Assembly: GCA_016699555.1 (NCBI GenBank)
Contig: CP064981.1
Coordinates: 27,456 to 91,455 of the forward strand
Source: Candidatus Iainarchaeum sp.
Lineage (GTDB): Archaea > Iainarchaeota > Iainarchaeia > Iainarchaeales > VGJJ01
DNA length: 64,000 bases
Reading direction: 5' to 3'
Within the stretch, counting starts at the first letter, position 1, and each line of letters starts with the position of its first letter. Of this stretch, positions 29,485-39,233 are shown in pieces. The notes beneath the pieces are model-generated. The model was not told where the DNA came from. It saw nothing but the letters and a program-made list of their open reading frames with translations, and made no database searches. The position numbers were made by a program, and so were the translations under genes.

Positions 29485-29813
29485 TGAAGTGTTTGCTGTG
29501 CATTGAAACTGAAGAAACAGTCCCACTTCGATTTGAAATGCACCACCTATCTGGTAGAAAATATTCTGACGAAACAGTTCCACTATGCCCAAACTGTCAC
29601 GCTAAAATAACAAAAATTCAAAACAAATTTCCTCCAAAGATACGTTCACAAAAGAATCGCAAAGACACATTAATTTTCAGTATTACAAGCACAACCGCGC
29701 TCATGAAAACGGGGGCTGAAAACGGCCTTCGTATGCTAAAAGAATTAACGGAGCTGATACAAAATGACTCAAAAAATAGCCGTGAGAATCTTGTCGAACA
29801 AGAAAAACAATGA
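29481..29813 (+). CDS. HNH endonuclease
   Basis: CLLC...HH...VPLCPNCH is the HNH zinc/ββα-Me motif. Confidence 0.7.
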   Translation: MMKCLLCIETEETVPLRFEMHHLSGRKYSDETVPLCPNCHAKITKIQNKFPPKIRSQKNRKDTLIFSITSTTALMKTGAENGLRMLKELTELIQNDSKNSRENLVEQEKQ

Positions 29814-32370
29814 AAAACAAGAGTATATTCCAAAAATTGTCTCTCCATATCAAGGCGTACTCGTTTTTGATTGTGAAACAACAACAGATGCAGTTCAAAA
29901 CCTAAAATTTGGCTCATACCAGTATCGTGTTAATGACATCATTCAAGATATTGGCATTTTTTACAACCCTACTGAGGTAACTGCAGAAGAACTAAACTAC
30001 CTTCAAACTGCTAGCAGTCAAAAACTAATCCAACTGTATACACGCGAACAATTTGTTGCCAAACTAGCTGACTACGCCCTGAAGATACGGGCACTATGTA
30101 TTGGACACAACTTGGTATTTGATATTTCGCGATTATGTGTTGGAACGGGATATTGTAGAGGCGCGTACAACAGCGGATTTTCACTCAAACTATCGGAAAA
30201 CAAAAGTATTCCTCGCATTAAAACAACGCGTATCAATGAGCGAAAAGTATTATTACGATTTGGAAAAGCATTAGATGGCACGAACTTTGGAGGCCATTTT
30301 TTAGATACCCAAACGTTAGCCTCGGCATTATTGGACACTAAACACATTTCATTGAACGCGTTGGCAAAGGAGCTTGGAATCGATGAGCAAAAATTAGAAG
30401 TAGAAAAACATGGAATGATTACACCGCATTATATTGACTATAATTTGAATGATGTGATGCTTACTTATTTGGTTTTTGCAGAACTAAAGAAAAAATATGA
30501 AGAATACGGTCTCAGCTTACCGATAACAAAAGTCATTTCAGGTGCATCCATTGGAAAAGCGTTCCTGCGAAAAATGGGAATAAAGTCTTTCCTTGAGCAA
30601 AACAAAACATTCCCCATGGAAGTATTAGGGCAATGCATGTCAGCCTATTTTGGTGGGCGTTGCGAGGTAAAAATGCGAAAAACGCCTGTACGAACAACAG
30701 TATTAGACTTCACAAGTATGTACCCAACTGTTTGTCATCTAATGAATCTTCAACGATTCATGCTAGCTAAAAGAATTGATACACAAAAAATAAATGTACA
30801 GAAACTATTAGAAGAATTGACCCCTGAAAAATTATTTGATCCAAAAACATGGCCATCACTTCTCATTTTATGCAAAATAAAACCAAACAAGGACTGTTTA
30901 CCCGTACGTAGCGACTATGGTGGAAAAACGCTCAACGTGGGAGTCAATTATTTTACATCAAGTGAATCTTTTTACTATTGGTTGCCAGACTTAGTATATA
31001 GCAAGTTCATAACTGGAAAAACCTCAGTAATTGAGGAAGCTTTGGAATTTGTTCCTGTTGATGTTCAGGAAACGGTAAAACCAATAAGTGTCTTTGATGT
31101 GGAATTTAATCCGTTGAAACATGACTTTATTCATAATCTGGTTCTACAACGAAACAAATTGAAAAAAGTGAATCCCGTTCAGGCGCAGGGATTAAAAATT
31201 TTGGCTAATGCCACTTCTTATGGCATTTTTGTCGAATTAAACCCAGAAAAAGAACCATCCCCACTAACTGTTTATTCGAGAAAAGTTTTTGAAACAAATT
31301 CTATACATGAGCAAGCAGGTGAATTCTTCAATCCGATTGTTGGCGGACTGATTGTTTCGGGGTCAAGGTTGCTATTAGGAATGATAGAGGTTGAGCTAGC
31401 AAAAATTGGCAAGACCCATTATGCGTGTGACACCGATTCAATGTTCGTTCCGCCTGAAACGGCTGATTACTTGCAAGAAAAATTTCAACCTTTATCACCT
31501 TATCAAGGACATATATATTTACACGAGAAGCAGGCAGATCAAACTCCTATATATTTACTAAAGAAGGAGTACGAAAACGTGTGGTTCTATGGTGTGAGTT
31601 CCAAAAGATATGTTCTATTCGAGAAAAAGGGCACGAAACTAAAGATTCTCGACCAAAAAGGAAAGAAAGGATACAAGCTACATGGACTTGGGTATATCCT
31701 CAATCCCTTTGGCAAAGATCCTGATTGGCATAAACAATTCTGGGAAGATGGACTGAAACTGCACTACAATCAGCTATCAGAACAGGATATCATTGCAAAG
31801 TATGGACAATACTATTGTATATCACAATTAACAGTCTCCAGTTGGGATGCTTATCGCCGATTTCGATACTTCAACAAAGGAAAACCTTTTCGAGAGCAGA
31901 TAAAACCGTTCAATTTTATGCTATTGGGGTTTGGTCAACAAAATGATGTCAAACCATTAGCACCTTACACGAAAAACTATCAAGCAATCGTTCACGAACC
32001 ATTTATTGACTACAAAACAGGCAAAACTTTGATTGGGATTGAATATTGGCAAAACTTGGCAGATGTATTTTTCAATTACTTTAATCATCCCGAAGCAAAA
32101 ATGGATGGTACTGTTGGCTTGCTAAGACTTAAGTACGTGACTTCTGACTTGACTGCTTATATAGGGAAAGAAGGGCGCGATATTGACACGCAAATCATGC
32201 GTAAAAGTCCAATTACGGCCGTTATTCCTCAAAAGGATCTGCATACATATGTATGTATGTTGACGAAAGAAGAGGCAAAGCAACTTCATATTTCACGAGC
32301 AACTTTTTATCGCTTGAAAAAGAATCCAGAGAAACTTTCTGTTGCCATAATACAAAAATTGTTACATTAA
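29764..32370 (+). CDS. polB: Family B DNA polymerase with 3'-5' exonuclease motifs (casposon PolB, likely protein-primed type)
   Basis: Exo I VFDCETT, Exo II YNLNDVMLTY, motif A LDFTSMYPTV, motif B KILANATSYGIF, motif C YACDTDSMFV. Confidence 0.85.
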   Translation: MTQKIAVRILSNKKNNEKQEYIPKIVSPYQGVLVFDCETTTDAVQNLKFGSYQYRVNDIIQDIGIFYNPTEVTAEELNYLQTASSQKLIQLYTREQFVAKLADYALKIRALCIGHNLVFDISRLCVGTGYCRGAYNSGFSLKLSENKSIPRIKTTRINERKVLLRFGKALDGTNFGGHFLDTQTLASALLDTKHISLNALAKELGIDEQKLEVEKHGMITPHYIDYNLNDVMLTYLVFAELKKKYEEYGLSLPITKVISGASIGKAFLRKMGIKSFLEQNKTFPMEVLGQCMSAYFGGRCEVKMRKTPVRTTVLDFTSMYPTVCHLMNLQRFMLAKRIDTQKINVQKLLEELTPEKLFDPKTWPSLLILCKIKPNKDCLPVRSDYGGKTLNVGVNYFTSSESFYYWLPDLVYSKFITGKTSVIEEALEFVPVDVQETVKPISVFDVEFNPLKHDFIHNLVLQRNKLKKVNPVQAQGLKILANATSYGIFVELNPEKEPSPLTVYSRKVFETNSIHEQAGEFFNPIVGGLIVSGSRLLLGMIEVELAKIGKTHYACDTDSMFVPPETADYLQEKFQPLSPYQGHIYLHEKQADQTPIYLLKKEYENVWFYGVSSKRYVLFEKKGTKLKILDQKGKKGYKLHGLGYILNPFGKDPDWHKQFWEDGLKLHYNQLSEQDIIAKYGQYYCISQLTVSSWDAYRRFRYFNKGKPFREQIKPFNFMLLGFGQQNDVKPLAPYTKNYQAIVHEPFIDYKTGKTLIGIEYWQNLADVFFNYFNHPEAKMDGTVGLLRLKYVTSDLTAYIGKEGRDIDTQIMRKSPITAVIPQKDLHTYVCMLTKEEAKQLHISRATFYRLKKNPEKLSVAIIQKLLH

Positions 32371-33065
32371 TTTTCAATTTCCTTATCTATTATAGTTATT
32401 ATCTCGTCCAAGTAACGAATAAGCTGATTAAGTGATTCTTCAGTAGCATCGACACCTAACTTTTCTTTATTAGCAATTAATTCCAATTTATCTTTTGCAT
32501 TTTGAAATCTTATTTTTACGCCTAAGAAAATGTCTTTTGCTTCTTCATAGTCAACTTTTGTCGGATTATTGACAAGCAGTATCTTCTTCCCGCCAGTTAC
32601 AAAATCTTCTAAACCTTTCACAACTTCCTCTTGAATATCTAAACTCAATTGGAGATCCGTACGAAGTTGCTGATCATATGTGAGCACTTCTTTTGTTTTG
32701 CCTAAAAGCCACCGCATCTCTGATAATTCCGCCTTTGCTAAAGGAATAATTGCATCAGCTTCATCAAAATGGTTGAATTCTATGTAAGCAAAAATTACTC
32801 CAAGATAATATGCAAAAGAGGCGTGGCGTCTTTCATAATCAATACTAATTTCTTTTACTTTTTCTAATTCTATATTATAATTATTTATTCCTGCTTCTAA
32901 ATTTTGGATTTGCTCTTTTTGGGACTGTGTTTCAAAATAAAGATTTCCTGCAGCAATCAATAGAAATAATAGTATCACTCCGTATATCCCTTGAGTTGAG
33001 GGGTTTTGATGATTTTGCATAGTGCTTGATCTCGTATGGTTTTTTTCGTCCATTGTAACGTTCAC
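32367..33065 (-). CDS. Casposon membrane-anchored coiled-coil protein
   Basis: N-terminal TM helix (IYGVILLFLLIAAGNLYF) plus coiled coil. Confidence 0.4.
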   Translation of the reverse strand: MNVTMDEKNHTRSSTMQNHQNPSTQGIYGVILLFLLIAAGNLYFETQSQKEQIQNLEAGINNYNIELEKVKEISIDYERRHASFAYYLGVIFAYIEFNHFDEADAIIPLAKAELSEMRWLLGKTKEVLTYDQQLRTDLQLSLDIQEEVVKGLEDFVTGGKKILLVNNPTKVDYEEAKDIFLGVKIRFQNAKDKLELIANKEKLGVDATEESLNQLIRYLDEIITIIDKEIEN

Positions 33066-33135
33066 CCAGGCTCAAAACTACGTTCGTTACGTTGATGTTA
33101 CGCTACTACTTATTAAGGGGTTATGCACCCCTTAT

Positions 33136-33387
33136 ATGTACGAACTTCTGAGCTACATTCGAAGAAGCTCAATAAAACGCAAAATTCTACAAAATTTACA
33201 GGAAGCTAAAACTCCAACAGATTTGAAGAAGGCTCTAGGGGTTCATAGGGAAAGTATCTCAAGGGCACTATTAGAGTTGGAGGAAAGAGGACTAGTTGAA
33301 TGTCTGACCCCAGACCAACCAAATTATCGCTATTACAAAATTACAGAAAAAGGAGATAAACTGTGTAAGCAGCTGAAAAATTACTGA
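33136..33387 (+). CDS. Small winged-HTH transcriptional regulator (PadR/ArsR-like)
   Basis: MYELLSYIRRSSIKRKILQNL...RALLELEERGLVEC; start at the internal ATG 33136. Confidence 0.45.
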   Translation: MYELLSYIRRSSIKRKILQNLQEAKTPTDLKKALGVHRESISRALLELEERGLVECLTPDQPNYRYYKITEKGDKLCKQLKNY

Positions 33388-34508
33388 ATTAGAACATGAT
33401 CCTCATCTAGTGAAGAACTCCAAACTTCGCTTTTCCATTTTTTCTTCCTTTTTGTTGGCATGTAAAAATTGTGGCTATCTTCCTCGATTTGTTTTAGCAT
33501 TTTTCTAATATTCTTCTCAAGTTCTGTTTTTGGTTTATACTTATATATTTTGCCATAAGCATTTGGGATCTTTTTAGCAATTTTTTTAGCCCACTCCACT
33601 TTCGGAATTTCAATTTTGGGGTCATATACCTTGATTGTTGCTAAAATATCTTTTTTTGACTTATTAGTTCTCTTAATTTCCTTAATGCTAATTTCTTTAT
33701 TGATTAGTTCTGATAACAACGGAATTGAAAAATCAACTGGCACCGAATCTTCAAAATTTTTCTTCCAAATAATAACTCTTCGCTTATCAATTAAACCAGC
33801 AGACACTAAATCATTTACAAATGAAATTACAGATTTATCATAATCAAGAACTAAGTAGTATTGAATGCCAGGAATCCTATATCTTCCAAGCAGTTCTTTT
33901 ATGGCTTGCTTCTTTACAGCGTCCTTGCCTTGTAAATTGATAATCTCATGGTCTCGAAATAGATTGAATTGATTTTTGTTAAAAAGAATTTCAAATGCTT
34001 CTTTCTCCGACTCGCCTTCAACCAGAATATAAAATTTAGGCTTTAAATCTTTTTGAAGTTTACCTAAACTAACAGTAAACTTGCTTACACCTTGAAGTAA
34101 TAAACCACTCCAGACTAAATGATTTGTTAATTGCATACCCTCATGATAATGCATCCTATCGTCAGTAGTGTAGTTATCTACCCACCTTACAGAAGCCCAG
34201 TGTACTTCAATAAATGAAAGAGATAATTTTACCAGTATTTCAACGTAATACTGATTTTGCAAATCAAATAGATATTGCACTGAATCAATAAAATTGTTTA
34301 AAAGTGTTTTTAGTTTTGGACAACTATCCATTGTCCCCCTATGTCCAAATACACAACTTCTCCCTCTTTTTGGATAACATGCGGGAAGATGACCTCCCAG
34401 GTGGGTTTTTAGATCTTCTAAAGTGTTAACATTTCTGAAGTCTAACTCTTGATTCATTGCCATCCAAAAAATTTTCAGCGACTTCGCATTGACAGAAACA
34501 TCTTTCAT
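33381..34508 (-). CDS. Casposon cargo protein with a C-terminal Toprim-like domain (OLD/DUF4435-like)
   Basis: FYILVEGESEKEAF (Toprim Glu) followed about 55 aa later by YYLVLDYDKSV (DxD); N-terminal Cys/His-rich segment. Confidence 0.4.
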   Translation of the reverse strand: MKDVSVNAKSLKIFWMAMNQELDFRNVNTLEDLKTHLGGHLPACYPKRGRSCVFGHRGTMDSCPKLKTLLNNFIDSVQYLFDLQNQYYVEILVKLSLSFIEVHWASVRWVDNYTTDDRMHYHEGMQLTNHLVWSGLLLQGVSKFTVSLGKLQKDLKPKFYILVEGESEKEAFEILFNKNQFNLFRDHEIINLQGKDAVKKQAIKELLGRYRIPGIQYYLVLDYDKSVISFVNDLVSAGLIDKRRVIIWKKNFEDSVPVDFSIPLLSELINKEISIKEIKRTNKSKKDILATIKVYDPKIEIPKVEWAKKIAKKIPNAYGKIYKYKPKTELEKNIRKMLKQIEEDSHNFYMPTKRKKKWKSEVWSSSLDEDHVLIQ

Positions 34509-34594
34509 TTAACAAGCAACTGTTTTTCTAATTTAATCTTATATGGTATTGATGAGAAAAAAATAGCCCCACACCATTACCAAATTATGTTGTG

Positions 34595-34626
34595 AAAGTC
34601 TCAAACGCGGCAGCTGTATATATCCC
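34595..34626. repeat. Right terminal inverted repeat (32 bp), exact reverse complement of the left TIR
   Basis: aaagtctcaaacgcggcagctgtatatatccc. Confidence 0.85.
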
Positions 34627-34640
34627 GTCGCTTTTTTATT
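34627..34640. repeat. Right 14-bp direct repeat (TSD) gtcgcttttttatt
   Basis: Identical to 24239..24252. Confidence 0.8.
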
Positions 34641-34661
34641 TCTAGAATATTTCTTAGCAAC

Positions 34662-35618
34662 ATGCCAGGACGAAAACCACTTCGTAGCAAGAAATCAAGC
34701 ACTGGATTACCCAAAAGAAGAACAAAACCTCAAATTGTCACCCCGGTAATAACATCCGATGGAAGTATTTTGATCCACCCATCGCATTATCAAAGTAGTC
34801 ATTTTGGCAGCAGACTAACACTGCTTCAAAAAAGACTGTTGGCCACACAAGAAAGGCTGATCGCCGAAGACAGTAGGCACGACAACCACCTCATTGCCAT
34901 GCGCCATGCCGACGAGTGGCACCATCAACGAGCCCATCATGACGGGGATAGCACATATATCGCCAATGATCGTATGCGAGTGGCGAAACATTATGCCCCG
35001 ATTCACACACTCTTAGAACTCGTCGGCGGGAGAGGATTAAAGGGAAAGAGCATCCTGCATGTGGCTGGGTCGACGGGAGTGTATGCGAGATATCTACGCG
35101 ATCAGCTCCAGATGCGACCGGTCGTACTCGACATCGACCGCCTGTCCCTTCACGATGCGCATCATGAAAGACAGATTAAGACAGTGGTGCGCGCGAATGC
35201 CATTATAGAAAAAAAACATACGGGCCGATACATCATTCCCAGAGGAAAACGGATTGCAGTCCCGGAATATGAAACCACGCGCTTGCCATTCGCCGACAAA
35301 AGCTTCAAATTCGTGATAAGCGATCACTTCCTGTTTGCGAACTATCATCGCGGCGTAGGCGGATTCGAGTCCCACGGGGGATCAATCGAAAGAAGCGAGG
35401 AAACGCTTCCCGAACTCAATCGTGTCCTGGAAAAAGGAGGATACGCGATCATCGGGTCGATCCATGGGCAGAGCTTGTCCGATATTAGAAGATATCAAGT
35501 CGGACATACCATCCATGGCTTCGTAGTTGAAAGGGCATACGATGGATATCTTTCCCCCGTTGCGAAAGGAAACCCGCCTATTTTCATCATCCTGCGCAAA
35601 GTAAGGGAAGCGGAATGA
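34662..35618 (+). CDS. Class I SAM-dependent methyltransferase
   Basis: ILHVAGSTGVYARYL (motif I-like), LPFADKSFKFVIS, LNRVLEKGGYAII. Confidence 0.55.
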   Translation: MPGRKPLRSKKSSTGLPKRRTKPQIVTPVITSDGSILIHPSHYQSSHFGSRLTLLQKRLLATQERLIAEDSRHDNHLIAMRHADEWHHQRAHHDGDSTYIANDRMRVAKHYAPIHTLLELVGGRGLKGKSILHVAGSTGVYARYLRDQLQMRPVVLDIDRLSLHDAHHERQIKTVVRANAIIEKKHTGRYIIPRGKRIAVPEYETTRLPFADKSFKFVISDHFLFANYHRGVGGFESHGGSIERSEETLPELNRVLEKGGYAIIGSIHGQSLSDIRRYQVGHTIHGFVVERAYDGYLSPVAKGNPPIFIILRKVREAE

Positions 35619-35623
35619 CGGAT

Positions 35624-36346
35624 TCAGTGATCGGTAAATCCGCCATCGACTACGATTGTTTGCCCCATGATATAGGAAGCGGCGTCGCTGGAAAGGAATG
35701 CGACGGTCTCCGCGATCTCAGCGGGCTTCCCCATGCGCCCTTCGGGGATTATTTTAATCATCCCTGCAGCCGCATCCTTTGTCAAACCCGCTTTCACTCC
35801 GGGCGTTTGGATGGCCCCAGGAGCCACCGCGTTCACGTGGATGTTGAACGGGATCAATTCCAATGCCAGTGCGCGCGTGAAACCCATCAAACCCGCTTTC
35901 GTCGTGCAATAGTGCACGAGCCCAGGAAATCCTACTTGCGTTCCTGCGATGGAGGCGATGTTCACGATCTTTCCATACTTCTGTTTCTGCATGTAGGGAA
36001 GGACGGCTTTGGTGGTATTGAATACGCCATTCAAATTGACATCCATTACTTTATCCCACTCCTGCCTGGACATCTTGGAGAAAGATTGGAAGGGATAGAT
36101 TCCCGCGTTGTTCACCAAAATATCCACGCGCCCAAATTTCTTGATCGTGTTCTCCACGAGGTGTTGGCAGTCCTTCCATTCCGACACATTAGCGGTCACA
36201 TGATGGTGCTTGCTGGCGCGCGACTTGCTGGAGCATACGACCACTTTGGCGCCATAACTCGCCAGCGTATCAGCGATCCCTTTTCCGATTCCTTTGGTTC
36301 CGCCCGTGACGATGGCGACTTTTCCCTTCAAGCTAATCATGTGCAT
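35624..36346 (-). CDS. Short-chain dehydrogenase/reductase (FabG-like)
   Basis: [16 protein letters not shown] Rossmann motif, NNAG, YxxxK catalytic region. Confidence 0.8.
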   Translation of the reverse strand: MHMISLKGKVAIVTGGTKGIGKGIADTLASYGAKVVVCSSKSRASKHHHVTANVSEWKDCQHLVENTIKKFGRVDILVNNAGIYPFQSFSKMSRQEWDKVMDVNLNGVFNTTKAVLPYMQKQKYGKIVNIASIAGTQVGFPGLVHYCTTKAGLMGFTRALALELIPFNIHVNAVAPGAIQTPGVKAGLTKDAAAGMIKIIPEGRMGKPAEIAETVAFLSSDAASYIMGQTIVVDGGFTDH

Positions 36347-36413
36347 CCACCTCTATAGCGAGGAAGGAAATTCGGATAATAAATAACCTAGTATCGACTC
36401 CGATACTAGACGC

Positions 36414-36947
36414 TTAAATGAAGCCCTTTTTCTTCAACACCTGCTTGAGATTTGTCCCGCCTTTTTCGCGTAACTCATAATTGACCTGCACAATGGGCTT
36501 GTTGAGCTTCACCACGTTCTGTAATGCAATCGGCGTGCCGGAAACGATGACGTCACAGTCCACGCGATTCAGCGTGTCTTGCAATTCCTTGATTTGTTCC
36601 TTGGAATAACCCACTGCCGGCACCACCATCTCCAATTGGTGATACTTTTCATAGGCCCTGCGGATGCTTCCTTTGGCATAGGGGCGCGGATCGATGATTG
36701 CCGCTTTATGCTGTCGCGCAAAAACCGTTCCCGCGCCGAAGGGCATTCCTCCATGCGTAACCGTTGGTCCATCCTCCACTACACATACACGCTTCCCGCG
36801 CAAATTGACTTTGGTGTTGGACGTTAGCACCGAATCCGCGTGGATGATCTTGGCCTTTGGATTGAAATGGTGCGTCGCGCTTACAACGGCTTTTATTTGT
36901 GCAGGATGCGCTGAATTCTCTTTGTTGATGACGATGTAATCCGCCAT
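36414..36947 (-). CDS. C-terminal part of a split P-loop protein (COG2403 cyclic-2,3-diphosphoglycerate-synthetase-like / DUF1611-like), see the frameshift finding
   Basis: Reads continuously from the upstream ORF if one G is added in the GGGG run (plus-strand CCCC 36986..36989). Confidence 0.5.
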   Translation of the reverse strand: MADYIVINKENSAHPAQIKAVVSATHHFNPKAKIIHADSVLTSNTKVNLRGKRVCVVEDGPTVTHGGMPFGAGTVFARQHKAAIIDPRPYAKGSIRRAYEKYHQLEMVVPAVGYSKEQIKELQDTLNRVDCDVIVSGTPIALQNVVKLNKPIVQVNYELREKGGTNLKQVLKKKGFI

Positions 36948-37756
36948 ACGCAGGTTCGTCTCACCCGGATGATAACGCTGTTCATCCCCGCGCGCAGGGG
37001 ATCTACTACCACGAATAACAAGTTGGGATGATAGAAAGAGAAATCGTTATTACCTCCATCCCAAATCACCACATCCGCTTCCTTTTCGGCGGCGCGGAGG
37101 ATCTTATTGTAGTTCACGCCCGCGTATACCACAAATCCCTCGCGGATGGGACGCTCATACTCTTCGCGTTCTTCAATGGTTGTTTTGTATTTTTTGAGAT
37201 CAGATAATTTGGCGAAGCGTTCCACTTCTTGCTTCACGAGATTCCCATAGGGCATGGGGTGGCGCACGATCACGGGTTTCTTCCCCGCTTTCTTCAACAA
37301 ATGCGCGATCTTACGCGTGGTCTGGGACTTTCCGCTTCCTGTACGAACCGCACAAACCGCGATCACGGGTTTGAAGGAATGCAACATCGTGGATTTAGGT
37401 CCCAGCAGGCGAAAATTGGTTCCCGCGGCCAGTGCTTGGGATGCCTTGTGCATGACATATTCATGCGACACATCAGAATAAGCGAAAACCACCTCATCAA
37501 CGCGATATTTTTCAATCAGCTCCGTAAGTTTTTCCTCGGGAAAGATGGGGATGCCTTTGGGATAGAGTTTTCCCGCGAGCTTGGCAGGGAATTTTCTCCC
37601 ATCGATTCCGGGGATTTGGTTCGCAGTGAAGCAGACGACGTGATAGAAGGGGTTGTCCTTGTAGAAAGAATAGAAGTCGAAAAAATCTCTTCCCGCCGCC
37701 CCCATGATAATGACTTTGCGCGTGGGCGCGGGCATTGGGGTGGTGGGACCAGACAT
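36893..37756 (-). CDS. N-terminal part of the same P-loop protein (Rossmann-like N-domain plus GSGKS P-loop)
   Basis: KVIIMGAAGRDFFDFY...AVRTGSGKSQTT. The last 31 codons (MNSVIIRVRRTCVW...) look out-of-frame. Confidence 0.5.
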   Translation of the reverse strand: MSGPTTPMPAPTRKVIIMGAAGRDFFDFYSFYKDNPFYHVVCFTANQIPGIDGRKFPAKLAGKLYPKGIPIFPEEKLTELIEKYRVDEVVFAYSDVSHEYVMHKASQALAAGTNFRLLGPKSTMLHSFKPVIAVCAVRTGSGKSQTTRKIAHLLKKAGKKPVIVRHPMPYGNLVKQEVERFAKLSDLKKYKTTIEEREEYERPIREGFVVYAGVNYNKILRAAEKEADVVIWDGGNNDFSFYHPNLLFVVVDPLRAGMNSVIIRVRRTCVWRITSSSTKRIQRILHK

Positions 37757-37802
37757 TTGAACATTCCTCCGATTGCACGGCTTGAGCGTGCAGGATTGAC
37801 GT

Positions 37803-39191
37803 TCAGAGGAAACTTTCCTTGCCTTTTAAGAATGCGCTCAGGGCATGCTGGAAGGATTTGTTCTTCTTGGCCAGCGCGATAATCTGCCCTTCATCGAGGA
37901 GCGCGAACTGGTGCAGCGCCTCGCGCAGGGGAGATTTCTCGGTCTGCGCGGTCAGTTGCGCCTCTTCCTTCAACGCACCCTTGAACTCCGGGAACGCGCG
38001 TGGGATCTCGAGCACGACTTTACCTTCCTCGATGCGCGGCCCCGAAAGCGGTTTGGGGTGGGCGCGCAGGAAATGCTCGACATGCGTGGCATCGAAGACG
38101 CTCGGACCGATGCGGAGCTTGGATGATTGTAACGATGGGTTTTCCACATCAAAAATGATGAACGCGTGCTCCTGGCCATCCGTCCAGAAGAAATGACGGC
38201 GGATACAATAGTCTTTCGCCTCCAATCCGTGCTGCATCTTCTTGCTCACGCGCAATAGCTGCCCCCACATCACGTCTTCAACGGTCTCCTTGGGAAAAGG
38301 GAAATGAATGCCCATGAGCTCCTGCATCGCGAGGTGCGACTTGATCTGGGGCAGCGTCATGCTGGGAGATTCATGCGCGAAAAAGAATCTCTCTTTCGGC
38401 GCCGCAAGGAATTGGCGCGCGGCCATGATCATGCGCGCGAATTGGTTGAATGAAAGCGCGGCCGCGACGTTGCGGGACATATCAGTAGGATCGATGACGA
38501 GCAAATGCGTATTGTTGAATTGCTTGAGCGCATCCTGCGGAGTGGAGTGCTGTTCCTCCAAGTCGATCACGGTGTTGTTCTTCCATTGACTCATGGCTTG
38601 AACGGCTTTGAGGAAGGTGCCGTATCGGAGAATGAGGATCTCCACGAGATAGCCCGGCACGCCCTGGTTCTTGACGTCGGCGCCATAGGCCTGGATCCCT
38701 TTGAGGAATTGCTTCAAGAGACGCACTTCCCCGCATTGCTGCTTGGAGAGGTGCTTGCGCATGTATTGGGCATGAAAGGGAGTCCGGTCCACCGCCGAGA
38801 GCTTGTCGCTCGCTTTTTCGACTTTGTAGGTGGGGACGATTTCCACGTCAAACCCGTCGATGTTCCCGCGCACGTAGGGGTGTTCCGAATAGACTTCCTC
38901 ATGGAAGTGCTTGCCGAAAATCTTGTGCGCGAGCTGTAATCCGTTCTTCTCGAACGATTCGCGTTTGAGTTTGGGAGAATAGAAAACGAAAATATCCAAG
39001 TCCCTGTCCCCGCGCAAATGCGTATTGCGGGCCATGCTGCCGCACAGCAGCGCAGAGAGATGCGGTCCCTTCGTCTTCTTGATTTCGCGCAACAATCGGC
39101 GCACCATCGCCTGTTCGGCTCTGGCGTCGCTGGGGGACGGAGTGATCCGCTTGCGGACCTTGCTCAGAAAACCAAATGATGGGGAGGCCAT
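37803..39191 (-). CDS. cca: CCA-adding tRNA nucleotidyltransferase, archaeal class I
   Basis: LCGSMARNTHLRGDRDLDIFVFY nucleotidyltransferase motif; about 460 aa archaeal CCA architecture. Confidence 0.8.
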   Translation of the reverse strand: MASPSFGFLSKVRKRITPSPSDARAEQAMVRRLLREIKKTKGPHLSALLCGSMARNTHLRGDRDLDIFVFYSPKLKRESFEKNGLQLAHKIFGKHFHEEVYSEHPYVRGNIDGFDVEIVPTYKVEKASDKLSAVDRTPFHAQYMRKHLSKQQCGEVRLLKQFLKGIQAYGADVKNQGVPGYLVEILILRYGTFLKAVQAMSQWKNNTVIDLEEQHSTPQDALKQFNNTHLLVIDPTDMSRNVAAALSFNQFARMIMAARQFLAAPKERFFFAHESPSMTLPQIKSHLAMQELMGIHFPFPKETVEDVMWGQLLRVSKKMQHGLEAKDYCIRRHFFWTDGQEHAFIIFDVENPSLQSSKLRIGPSVFDATHVEHFLRAHPKPLSGPRIEEGKVVLEIPRAFPEFKGALKEEAQLTAQTEKSPLREALHQFALLDEGQIIALAKKNKSFQHALSAFLKGKESFL

Positions 39192-39233
39192 ACTGCACGC
39201 AAGAAAAGCGTTTACTTAATATAATCGCTTGCG

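Larger units (their letters stand above)
24253..34626. mobile_element. Casposon (Cas1-encoding self-synthesizing transposon), about 10.4 kb, inserted at the 3' end of tRNA-Arg
   Basis: Perfect 32-bp TIRs flanked by a 14-bp TSD. Encodes a Cas1 casposase, a family-B DNA polymerase, an HNH nuclease and RHH/HTH proteins. The element is abruptly AT-rich against a GC-rich chromosome. Confidence 0.8.
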
